The position numbers and the translations under genes are program-made. Source: Anthoceros angustus (taxonomy: Eukaryota; Plantae; Anthocerotophyta). Taken from it: a stretch of 64,000 nucleotides of DNA. The stretch spans positions 992,001 through 1,056,000 of the forward strand of contig MU008155.1 of assembly GCA_010909165.1 (NCBI GenBank), written 5' to 3'. This document shows positions 51,800-63,600 of this stretch, one piece after another. Below the pieces are notes generated by a model. It saw nothing but the letters and a program-made list of their open reading frames with translations. It was not told the origin of the DNA and searched no databases. How positions within the stretch are numbered: position 1 is the stretch's first letter; every line of letters starts with the position of its first letter.

Positions 51800-53378
51800 T
51801 TCACCTATCCCAGCTGGAGGGTTTGACTATGTGCTATTGGGTTGCCTACATACCCGCCCCGTTATTCCGCTCCGTTGTTTATGTGGTCTATCCTCCCCAG
51901 GCATGACTCATGGCCGGGAATGGTGGTACCAGCCGGTGGGTTTGAACAGTAGGTGATGACGTGATGACGTTCTCGTTAGGAGTCGACGCAATTGGAACAC
52001 CTGCCAACGGTCCGGGAGCACCATTACTCAGGATTGAAGCATGACGCAATTGTTAGCATTGAAGGTTGTCGATTCCAACCTGATGAGTCTGAAAATGTCT
52101 TCTGCCAGCCTCCAAGGAGGGCTGATGGAGCGCAGCCAAGTCGATTCCCCTACCGAGAGTACTCATGCTCGGATGAAGGGGTTTCAAGTTCCTGGTGTCT
52201 GGTGCGCCAATTGACAACCGTGAAATTGTTGTCTTGAAACCAATCAACTTGAGACTGGCAACTCAAGAACGATTGCTCCCACCTGCTGCCTGAGACCAAA
52301 TACCTCTCGACATAGCTGCAAACGAAGCTTTGGCGCAGGCAAGATTGGATGCCACGATGATGAGAAGCAACCAGTGCCCTAGCCGAATTGCACCAGGCCT
52401 CCCATTTCTCCATGGTTGCCTACAACCAGTCCAGCTGGTCGCCATTGCTTCAACTGTCAATCCACGCCCAAGCAATCGATAGCAAATGTATGCGGATAGT
52501 CTTTTTTGCTGTTCTGCAGTCTGCAGCAACCACGAGTGGAAAGCTGAGTCAGATTGGAGACTGCACTGCAGCAATCAGCACCATTTATGCTCTTACACAC
52601 CGTCCCGGGCACGACACGGGTCGGCATGTCGAGACGACTACTGGTTGTGCGGACGACCTATGTTGACCAAGTCACATTATGCTTCCAGTGAAGCTGGACA
52701 AAATAGATGCTCACTCAGATAAGACTCAACGTCAACACCAACGCTTCTTTGCACATGAGCAGACCTGTAGATCACATTTCTGTGAGTTCACAGCTGTAAA
52801 GAATCAGCAAAACATCCAGAACGACGAGGCTCGCGATTGGGAGACAGTCATACACAACCGCAGGTTGATCCGGGGGTCTTGCAGTTGCAGCATAGAGATT
52901 TGATTAGATGAGATTGCCAATAAACAATGTTGGAATTACGTCCTTATGGCTGATGCCAGTGACCAACTGACAAACGGAGCAGCAATGACAGCTGCCTAAG
53001 AAAAAGGAGCGTCAAGACAGCTCGCATTTGTTATTTGCGACAACCAACATCTCTCAAGTGCTAGCTAGGGACAACATGATCAAAAACAAACCTGGCGTGG
53101 ATTTCCAAGCTCAGAGCTTCAGGAAAGAAAGCTTGTACTGAAAAACAACTTGCAACTGTATTTAGGACCAGCTGACTGACAGATTGCTGGCAGAACAGGT
53201 GGGTTTGATTGTCCTCATTCCATGCTTCACTACCCTCAAACATACAACAATCCCACGTCAGCATCTCGGTGGTGTTTTCAGGTGTCCAGTTCAAGATTCG
53301 GGAAGCTGAAGATGCCTCAAAGCGCTCCTTCAGCAAGCCTGGGAGATGACGCGTCAGAATACCCGTTTCCTGAAGTAC
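51800..53378 (-). other. Deleted copy of the downstream exon region (copy 3)
   Basis: Homologous to 23465-26745, with deletions of ~720 bp and ~940 bp (junction AGACTC|AACGTC at ~52726). Confidence 0.75.
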
Positions 53379-53389
53379 AAGAATCCGGG

Positions 53390-55152
53390 TCAGAGTTCTT
53401 TCTGGTTAACAGTCACTGACGTAAGCGTTGTCCTCCCAACAATTTGTTCAGGATCCGAGGAGCCGAGAGCCTGTCCTCCGGACAAACTTGGCTCCTGGGC
53501 TCCAGATAAACTTGGCTTCTGGGCTGTAGATGAACTTGGCTCATGGGCTCCGGATAAAACTCGCCTCCTGGGCGCTGAATAAACTCGTCTCCTGGTCTCC
53601 GGATAAACTTGGCTCCTAACAACATAGGCACCAATGCAAAATCCTGGCAAAAGCATGAATGCCACTTTCTGAGGTACTGGTTTGCGGCCGACGGATGGAA
53701 CTCCTGCTGCTGCTTCACCACACTCTGCGTGTAGGCTGCATCAAAATCACTCCCTGCTTTCACCTGCAATGCCGATTTGGTAATGAGCCGAGATGTATGA
53801 ATAACAGTATAAAGTGGACAAAACTAGCAGCAAACACAGCAACGGCAACAAGGATGTGAATATCCGGGCCAGAGGCAGTTACCTTAACAAAGCAAGGGTG
53901 CTCAAAGCTGGAGGCAAGAAGGTGCGAGAGCCACACACAGATGAGCAACGAGAGAAGCTTGTTGCCCACAGTCCTGTTCCACTCCTCGACAGCAGCGACG
54001 TCTCCTGGAAACGGGCAGTCCCAAAACTTTTCCATCAGGTCTGTCTTTCATATTGCCGTTGCCTCACTGTGACAGAAGGCCTAACACTTCATTCTGCCGC
54101 AACCACACTCCTTCCTGACGTCTCCTTCGCAGTCTGGGGGACAAAAGTACTCGCGCAGAGCCGCAACATCGGACTGCCGAGCGCTCAACAGTTGCAACAA
54201 CCTGTCAGCAAACTTGTCGAAAAATCCCTGATCACTCTCAATCTCTTTGAACTGCTTGTACTTCTCAGCACGGAGCTTCTCCCATTCCATCTCCGCCGGC
54301 AAACACTCAGCACTGCACAAGTCCTGTGAATCGAAACCCAAGAAAACAGAGTCAGCGATTAGCTTCTGAAAATCATAGCTGCCATGAATCGAGCCCGGGA
54401 ATATAGCGGCCACAATCTCCTGTGCTCAATCCTTCAGCAAATTCGTTCCCGCTTTGCAGATCAAAGCGTGCGTGAATTCTCTGAGACAGTCCCTCGTCCT
54501 GTCAGCCAGGCGCTGCATATCGACGGGAGTGGGAACCGACCCTGGTTGGGCACCGATACCGTTACAGCCACATTCCTGTCTCCCGCCTGTGCAGCCCGAG
54601 TCTCTTGATTTCCGACTCGAGGTTCGCTTTCCGAACCTGGAGGTAGCAGACTTCTTCCTGGAGCTGCCTACAATGTGACGAAAGCTGCGCTGTAACCGAT
54701 TCGCTCTCTTTGAGCTTCATGTCATGTTGAAGTTGGTGCTCGGCGAGAGCCAAATCGGTCTTACCCGTTTCGTTGCGCATGACCTCCTTCAGAAGCATCA
54801 TATAGCTTTGCCTCTGCTCCTGCACCTCGCGCCGATGCCGCTCTCGCAAGGCCCCCGTCTCAGGGTCGCTCTCAGTCTCGCTCTTCCGCTTGCGTGGAGC
54901 AATCCTAATTCCCGAGCTTTCTACATTCCCCAGGCTTGTTGCCGGAAGTATTCCGTTCCGTTGCGAGTCCGGGGTGGCACCTTCACCATCAAGCTGACCC
55001 CGCGCCACCTCAGTTTGCATCTCAAGCAGTGTCTCCTCTCCATGGGCAGTCAGGTCCACCATGATGGCATGCCCTCCCAAGGTTGTGGCCTCTCCACAGA
55101 CTGCAGAGGTCAGCTGGGCTTCCATCTTAGCCGGATCGGATGGCGGCAGCAT
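53390..55152 (-). CDS. GIL1/IRKI-like protein, copy 3; intron 53764-53882
   Basis: ORF-track entries 54562-55194, 54081-54413, 53760-54035 and 53390-53665. A few indels are present. Confidence 0.7.
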
Positions 55153-55338
55153 CCCGCACAAACGTCCCCCGGAGCGCAACGGAGAAAACCACAAAGCGCA
55201 GACCTGTTCGAGGATTACCGGGCCTCCGCGACTTCTGACCTTGCAGTACCACTAAGTTTTATAAACCCTTAAAATCAAATGAATTTATAAAATAAGAGAA
55301 AACGGCAACATTTTCCTGAAGTGTTTATCGTCTCGCAG

Positions 55339-56660
55339 ACTACCAAGGGCTCACTAGGGCTTTCAGACATGGCAAAATATACTGCTCAGCGATTACTGCA
55401 GCCCTTGTTAACATGCAAATTGGTATGCCATTGAGCTACATTGAGGTTATCGATCTGAACAAGGCGGTCACTATTGATGAAGTCAAAGTCACGTTCATCG
55501 ATGCAAATCACTGTCCAGGATCTGTGATGATTCTATTTCAGCTTGCTGACAATAAGGTATCCTGATTTGACAAAGATCACTGTCTGAGCTCTTACTTGCT
55601 TCATGTTTGTTGTAAGTGATCTGATTCTGTGGTTTCCAGAATGTTCTGCATACTGGAGATTTTCGATACTGCACAAAGATGGCCAGTGACCCAGCGCTTC
55701 TGGCTAATAAAATCCACACTTTGATATTGGACACGACGTACTGTGACCCCGAGGTATGTCTGAATTTCTGTGAGCGAGCTGACGTGGCTTTCGTTATTTT
55801 TTAACAACTCTCAGACTGACAAGTATGCCTCGTCCAGTACGATTTTCCGGAACAGGATGCTGCTGTCCAGTTTGTCATCGAGGCTATTCAAGCAGAAACA
55901 TTCAATCCGAAACGCTGTTTCTGATCGGCACCTACACAATAGGTAAGCTCCAACACACAGCTGTAGTGTGTTTCGAACGAGCTTCGTCTCCTGAACAGGT
56001 TTCAGCCTTTGTGGTGTTTAGGAAGGAGCGAGTGTTTTGGAGGTGGCCTGAGCACTCCAAAAGAAGGTTTATGTTGGGGCAGCTAAGCGGAGATTGTTGT
56101 CATGCATGTCATTGCACGAAGACGAGACAAGATGGCTGACCTCCAACGACCATGAAAGTCAGATTCACGTGGTTCCGTTATGGAGCATTGCAAGCTTCAA
56201 GAGAATGGCCTCTATATCTCGGCACTATCATGTGAGTGCTATGCTTCCCTTCTACACCCGCAACGAGATCCCCCGGATGCATGAGTGACCGTTAGCTCCA
56301 TGACGCAGGGGCGGTGCAACTCTGTGGTCCCTCTCTCACCGGCTGGAAATTTGGTCGAGACAAGAAACGATTCAAGGGCCGTAGAAAGCAGCAGGGAGCA
56401 GTCATACGGTGGGTCCCCCAATCGCCAACAACTGCAAGTCTGGTTGTATATACGTCCGTGCATGACTTGTCTAATGGATGTGCCGCAGGTACGAAGTTCC
56501 TTACAGCGAGCACTCCAGCTTCTCGGAGTTGAAGAAGTTTATCAAGCTAGTAGTCCCGGCAACTGTGATCCCGAGTGTCGTCAAAGACGATCCGGCAGAT
56601 GTCTTGGTCGCGCGGTTGCTAGCTGACGACGATGGCAGTGCAAATGCTCCAAATGCTTAA
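55339..56660 (+). CDS. SNM1: SNM1/DCLRE1-like DNA cross-link repair nuclease (MBL/beta-CASP), 5' exons absent; 6 exons
   Basis: Exons 55339-55556 (YQGLTRAFRHGKIYCS...DANHCPGSVMILF), 55640-55753 (VLHTGDFRY...LILDTTYCDP), 55838-55942 (YDFPEQ...LFLIGTYTI), 56022-56231 (GKERVF...SQIHVVP), 56309-56408 (PTGW) and 56489-56660 (YEVPYSEHSSFSELKKF..VIPSV). All introns are GT-AG. Confidence 0.85.
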
Positions 56661-57450
56661 CCCGCTGGCCGCAGGCTCTGAATTTCTGCTCCCTCGTAAC
56701 ATTTGTATTTTGGTCAGTGAAATGTAGGCACTGCGTTAACCAAAACTTTCTTAGTGTGACTGAATTTTAGTGTCCCACTCAGATCAGAAGCTTGTAAGTA
56801 CTGTAGTGGTGCCTGCTGGCCCACGTCCCCGGGTAACTTGCCATGTATTGCGCCTCTGCATTCGGAATTTCTGATGTGGAAGGGCAATTCTGAGGTGCAG
56901 AGACAGTGTACACATGTATGGAGTCAGCAATTGGGAGATAATGTTCATACACTGTACGAAGTCAATCGGAACTGGGTGCGATCTTATACAGTGTCCGATG
57001 TTGTTGTGTTCGCCTTTCAGCAATCTGGGTTTGACAAGGTCAGGTGCGACTGGTGGAAACCTTTGTGCACACTTGCTTGCTTCAAGGATCTAGGACTTGA
57101 ATAAAATTCTTTTTCTGCTCCTTCTGTTTTAGATTCTGCCCCTTCTCCTGCCGTTATCCAGTGGCTCCTTGCAGTCGAAGCTACTCCACTCAAGCCGGCA
57201 CAGGAAAGAAAGAGCGCGTCCCAAGTCCCAACTCGCCGTGCGTCAGACCATATGTACAGTGGAGATGCTGGCTTCCCGGACGAAGCTAGGGAGAAGCTTC
57301 CTGCATACGTACATACTTGACTCGCTATAAGAACTAGTTGCTGCAACTCGAGCGACCTTCAAGCCTTGTCCATCTGGTCATTTCGAAGCCCAGCCGCCCA
57401 CAAACGCCGCCGGACGAATCTTGAGCAGACGGGTCGGCTGGATTCGATCC

Positions 57451-60193
57451 ATGGCGATCCACAGGATGGGTGCTTGTTTCATCCTAGCGCTGCTGCTTCT
57501 GATGCCCTTGTCCACGATTTCTGCAACTGAGCCTGCTCCAGAGGTCCGAATCATATCACATTCGTTGGGTCACAATTGTTTTTTTTGGCAAGATGGGCTC
57601 ACCATTTGATGCTCGGTACAGGTGTATGTGGTGCACTTGGGAGCCATCCCTGGAGGCCATGAGTTGGACGCGTTGTTGGAGAACACAGCTCTTCTTGCTA
57701 CAGTTTTGGGAAGGTTAGTTCTCTGCATTTTCCACGAGGATCCTTCTCCATGTGGGCTGTGTGGCCGTAGAGTGCCCATTCATCTGGAAGCAACATGAGA
57801 TCGAGTGTGTGAAGTTCTGTGTTCGCAGTGTCGAGGCTGCAACTGGGTCAATCTTGTACCACTACCACAGGACATTCCGAGGCTTTGCTGCCAAACTGGA
57901 CGCCAGTCATGCTGCAAAACTCAAAGGCAAGCTCCGGATCCCTCCTTGAATCAGAAGTTCTTCTGTCCGAACCCCTGCGAAATCCGATCTCACCCAGATG
58001 CAGGAACCTGGTGTATGCAGAGTCAGAGAAGGTTCTTGGCGTATTTAAGAGCTTGATTCACAAGCCGCACACAAGTCATTCGTGGAATTTTCTGGGCGTT
58101 TTGAACCGCGATAGCAGTGACATTCTCCTGCCAGGCACCAACGACTCCTACTATTTCCCTCCTCCCGCTTCTCAAACTGATATCATCATCGGGAAGCTCG
58201 ACTCTGGTACAGTTCTCGTAGAGCACGGTGTTGGGGAAATTTGTGATCTTCATGCTATGGCATTATTCACTTGGAGCTGAGCGCTGTGTTTGCTGTTGCC
58301 GCTGTTCGCAGGATACTGGCCCGAATCTGCCAGCTTCCAGGATGTGGGTATGCCACCAGTTCCTCTTCGCTGGAAGGGAGCGTGCATCATCCCTGTATTC
58401 CGTGCGTCATCCGTGTAAGTCACTTGATGCCAGTCATTCCTGGATGTGGAAGGATCTTCGCCTGACCTGACTCTGTTGTATGATTTAACGTCACTGCTTC
58501 TTGACCTTGGACTCTGTGCCCTATTGCCCCAGGGAGGTTGGGTCTTCAACCCCTTCCAGTTTACAACCCCAGCCCCCATCGTCCTGGGTTCCAATGCAAT
58601 AGGACCTGGAGCCTTGGTAGAACAAGCCAAGTATGTCAAATCTGGACGCAGATTTCTGTGAAACATGCTCGTTCAACAGTGTGGAGTGCAAGCAATGGAA
58701 AGTATATGCCGGCAATGATTTAATACGTGTTTGGATTGTATGTGTCGCAGTGTCTGCCTCCCCTCCAGCCTGGATTCTTCGATTGTGACAGGAGCCATCG
58801 TGGTGTGCGCATATGATCCAAGCGTGGCTGCAGAGGATGAGGTGCGCCGAGCCGGTGGAGTGGGTATCATTCTCGTCGGCACTCCGTCCGTGCCACGAGA
58901 GTTTGTCGGGCCTGCCACATACATCTCCGAAGACGCCGCCAACCTAGCCCTGCAGCTGCCGTACTTGCAGAACACACCGTAAGCTTTCTCCACTCTCTGT
59001 CATGAGTTGCTGAGTGCAGCCTTGGTTGAACTTCAGTGAGGTGTTTGACGAGATTGTGTGTCATGGCTTTTGCAGGACTCCTGTCGGTGTCATCCTGCCT
59101 ACTGCAGCAACTTACGGGTAAGTACCTGCACCAAGAGTGGCCACCTTTTCCTCCAGAGGCCCCAGCCTTCGTAACCCCGACATCCCTAAGGTATGGCCCG
59201 TTGCCCACACTGATGAAATGCCCCAAGCTTGTCTGTGTAGGTTACTTGTTATAATCTGGTGAGGGGCTTCCCCATGGCTGCTGTCTCTGGGGTTTCCAAG
59301 TCTGCCTAGACTAGTCCCTCATCTGATATAGCTCTCCTGTGTGGGCTGCAGCCTGACATAACAGCTCCAGGACAAGCCATTCTGGCTGCTTTCTCTCCTC
59401 TCCAAGTAGATGATTTTGAAACTGGAGGTCGATCGCTGACCCTGAATATTATATCCGGCACATCTATGGCCTGCCCTCACATCTCTGCAATATCTGCTCT
59501 CGTCAAGATTGCCCACCCAACGTGGAGTCCTGCAGCTATGAAATCCGCCATCATGACAACAGGCACGCCATCTCCAATGCTCTGCGATTTATTAGTTCGT
59601 TCGTTTCTTGTGAATCATGTGAACTAACTCCTCCTCCAGTTCTAGCGTTCTCCATCCTAACGATCTGCCTTGTGTCTGCAGCGACCCAAATTGATAACTT
59701 CAACAGCTCCATAACAACGTATCCTTCTCTTACTCCAGGAAGCCCTCTGGACTTTGGATCTGGTCACGTGTATCCACTTGCTGCCCTGGATCCCGAACTT
59801 GTATATGATGCCAATTTTGCCGATTACATTGATTTCATATGCGACTTCGGCATCACAGATACAGACCTCCGCTCGTATACAGGAGATCCTTCTGCTGCCT
59901 GTCCACCGGTTCCCAAGGCGCACTATGATATCAACTATCCAGCCATCAAAGTATCTCATCTAGTGACCTCTGTGACAGTGACGAGAAGCGTGACAAATGT
60001 GGGGGCAGTTGGAGTTGTAACCTACACGCCCACAGTCATCGCACCCGATCCTTCGGTTTGGGTAACTGTTGATCCTCCTGCCCTCTCCTTCCAATCTGTA
60101 GGACAGGCTTTGTCATTCACAGTTACTTTCACAACACCAGTTTCTGGAGATGGTACCATCACCTATTGGGGATCTTTGATATGGTCGGATTGA
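57451..60193 (+). pseudogene. Subtilisin-like serine protease (S8A): signal peptide, I9 prodomain, PA and fn3 domains; internal exons missing, 3' end truncated by an LTR
   Basis: MAIHRMGACFILALLLL; VYVVHLG; ILYHYHRTFRGFAAKL; HTSHSWNFLG; IIIGKLDSG (Asp 58200); WPESASF..WKGAC; GAIVVC; VATFSSRGP; PDITAPG; [10 protein letters not shown] (Ser 59463); FGSGHV; INYPAI; RSVTNVG; WGSLIWSD*. No HGTH or SAGN motif was found. Confidence 0.85.
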
Positions 60194-60460
60194 AAGAACT
60201 AGCTCAGACACAACACAGTCTGGGCAACGCACAGGATCAACACAGTTCGCAGACACAAGCAGAGGCAATGGATGGCACACGCAATAGCACCACTGGCTTA
60301 GATAGGCTCCACAGTACACATCAATATGGTGCACAGGGTGCTACATATATAGCCCTTATGCTAGGCAACTATCGAGGAGGTAAGCCCTAGACTCGATAGT
60401 GCAATATCCTAATATATCCTAATATACTAGAGTAAGTAGCAGAGGATTGAATCTCTAACA
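60191..60460 (-). repeat. 3' LTR (270 bp) of a Ty1/copia element
   Basis: TGAAAG...CTAACA ends, with an adjacent PPT (CTCCCCCT on + at 60461-60468). Confidence 0.85.
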
Positions 60461-60699
60461 CTCCCCCTTCAAGCTAAAGCTACTTACCGACGCCAAGATC
60501 CGAACGAAAATGTGCAAACTTTGCGCCGCCGAGCGCCTTGGTGAAGATATCCGCCACCATCTCCTCGGTGCGGAGGTATGAGATTTGAATCACGCCTTTG
60601 AGATCTATTCATGCGAACTACCGGGGAGAAGGTCTCCTCGTAGTCCAAATTTCACTTGAGTGAAACCGCGAGCCACTAGTCTCGCTTTATGCCTTTCCA

Positions 60700-63600
60700 G
60701 ATCCACAAGATTGTACTTCTTCTTGAAAGTCCACTTGCAATGACTCCCGGTGGCAAATCAACCAACGCCCAAACGTTGTTTTCGAGCATCGAATTATACT
60801 CAGTACGAATAGCTTCGTTCCAGAACTCACCTTCAGGTCCGTTTCGTGCTTCCTCAATTGTGAGCGGGATATCATCTTCGAGAAGAAAACACCATTCGTC
60901 CGCCACCATGTTGTGGGCATTCTCGAGGACCTTCCGGCCGCCGAACCCTTGTCGACCGTCTCGGAATAGCTGCTGTTGGTTCGCCCTCCGCATCCTCCAA
61001 TGCCGGAACTAACTCCTCAACATGTCACTGTTCCTTCCGAATTTCCTCCGAGAATTCCTGCGGGAACAATAGGTGGTATGACCTCACCGCTGATGTCCTC
61101 ACCATCACCTCCTCCTGTGTGGTGATCCTCTTCTGTCATTGGTGGATCTGGGACAAGGAAGGTGTCCTGGATAAACTCAAAGTTGAGGTCTGTAAATGCT
61201 TTCCGTGATGACTTCCAATATTGTTCTCATCGAACACGACATCGAACTTTCATGCATCCGCTGCCGACGGATCCCACAACTGTAAGTTTTCGCCATTCAT
61301 TCGCATAACCAATGAAGCGCACTTGATGCTTCCGCCCAACTTCTTCCGCAGCTTGCTTAGGAACATGCGCATATGCTACGCAGCCCAAACACTCTCAAGT
61401 GTGAGACATTTGGTTTCTCACCAAACCAAGCTTCATGGGGTGTCATAGAGCCACCTAGCGCCATGGTAATTGACATATTCTGTACGGTACCGCCAGCCAG
61501 ATCCGTCGTTGTACTTCTTGAAAGTCCACTTGCGATCGGCGGCTTTTCTCCGGTGGCAAATCAACCAACGTCAAGCGTTGTTTTCGAGCATCGAATTATA
61601 CTCGATCTGAATAGCTTCATTCCGAACTCACCTTGAGTCCGTTTCGTGCTTCCTCAATTGTGAGCGGGATATCATCTTGAGAAGAAAACACCATTCGTCC
61701 GCTCACCATGTTAAGCTGGGCATTCTCGAGGACCTTCCGGCGTCGGACCCTTGTCGACCGTCTCGGAATAGCTGCTGGTTAGTCCTCTGCATCCTCCAAT
61801 CTTGGAACTAACTCCTCAACATCTTTCTTTGTTGTGCTCCTTAATTTCCTCCTCAGAATTCCTGCGGGAACAATAGGTGGTATGACCTCACTGTTTGGGA
61901 TGTCCTCACCATCACCCTCCGGTGTGTGGTGATCCTCTTCTGTCATTGGTGGATGCAGGGAAGAAGGTGTCTGGATAAACTCAGGTTGAGTTCGTGTACC
62001 GTGCTCGCATGACTTCAATATTGTTCTCATCGAACACGACATCGAACTTTCATGCATCGCTGGCGGGATCCCATAATCGTAAGCCTTTCGCTCATTCGCA
62101 TAACCAATGAAGCGCACTTGATGCTTCCAACTTCTTCCGCGATTGCTTAGGAACATGCGCATATGCTACTGTGACCAAACACTCTCAAGTGTGAGACATT
62201 TGGTTTCTCACCAAACCAAGCTTCATGGGGTGTCATAGAGCCACCTAGCGCCATGGTAATTGACATATTCTGTACGGTACCGCCAGCCAGATCCGTCGTT
62301 GTACTTCTTGAAAGTCCACTTGCGATCGGCGGCTTTTCTCCGGTGGCAAATCAACCAACGTCAAGCGTTGTTTTCGAGCATCGAATTATACTCGATCTGA
62401 ATAGCTTCATTCCGAACTCACCTTGAGTCCGTTTCGTGCTTCCTCAATTGTGAGCGGGATATCATCTTGAGAAGAAAACACCATTCGTCCGCTCACCATG
62501 TTAAGCTGGGCATTCTCGAGGACCTTCCGGCGTCGGACCCTTGTCGACCGTCTCGGAATAGCTGCTGGTTCGTCCTCTGCATCCTCCAATCTTGGAACTA
62601 ACTCCTCAACATCTTTCTTTGTTGTGCTCCTTAATTTCCTCCTCAGAATTCCTGCGGGAACAATAGGTGGTATGACCTCACTGTGGGATGTCCTCACCAT
62701 CACCCTCCGGTGTGTGGTGATCCTCTTCTGTCATTGGTGGATGCAGGGAAGAAGGTGTCTGGATAAACTCAGGTTGAGTTCGTGTACCGTGCTCGCATGA
62801 CTTCAATATTGTTCTCATCGAACACGACATCGAACTTTCATGCATCGCTGGCGGGATCCCATAATCGTAAGCCTTTCGCTCATTCGCATAACCAATGAAG
62901 CGCACTTGATGCTTCCAACTTCTTCCGCGATTGCTTAGGAACATGCGCATATGCTACTGTGACCAAACACTCTCAAGTGTGAGACATTTGGTTTCTCACC
63001 AAACCAAGCTTCATGGGGTGTCATAGAGCCACCTAGCGCCATGGTAATTGACATATTATCGTGTACGCGCATGCATCGCCCAAAATATTTTGGCATCCTC
63101 CTTTCCGCTAGCATACTCCTAGCGCCATTGCAGATGGTACGATTCTTCCGCTCGGCGATCCTCACTGGCGTGTACCTTGTCACAATCGCCTCTCAATTCC
63201 GGTGCATTCATCCTTGAAGAGTTTACTCAAATACTCTCCTCCCCATCGTCAAGTTTCTTCAACTTCTTCCTGCTTTGTTTCTCCGCAATGCCTTAACATC
63301 CGAAATGCTTGAGAGCCACTCTTCCGCAGAAGTACACCGTTTCTCCTCGTAGTCCAGCCCTTTCACTTGAGTGAAACCGCGAGCCACTAGTCTCGCCTTA
63401 TGCCTTTCCAGATCCGACAAGATTGTACTTCTTGAAAGTCCACTTGCACGGCTTTTCTCCCGGTGGCAAATCAACCAACGCCCAAACGTTGTTTTCGAGC
63501 ATCGAATTATACTCGACGAATAGCTTCATTCCAACTCACCTTCGTGTCCGCTTTCGTGCTTCCTCAATTGTGAGCGGATATCATCTTCGAGAAGAAAACA

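Larger units (their letters stand above)
28230..54855. repeat. ~13-kb tandem segmental duplication (28230-41790 and 41790-54855)
   Basis: Both copies are colinear: gene 5' half, promoter, MITE, LINE, GC array, AT-rich block, gene 3' half. Both have identical TE junctions. Confidence 0.9.
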
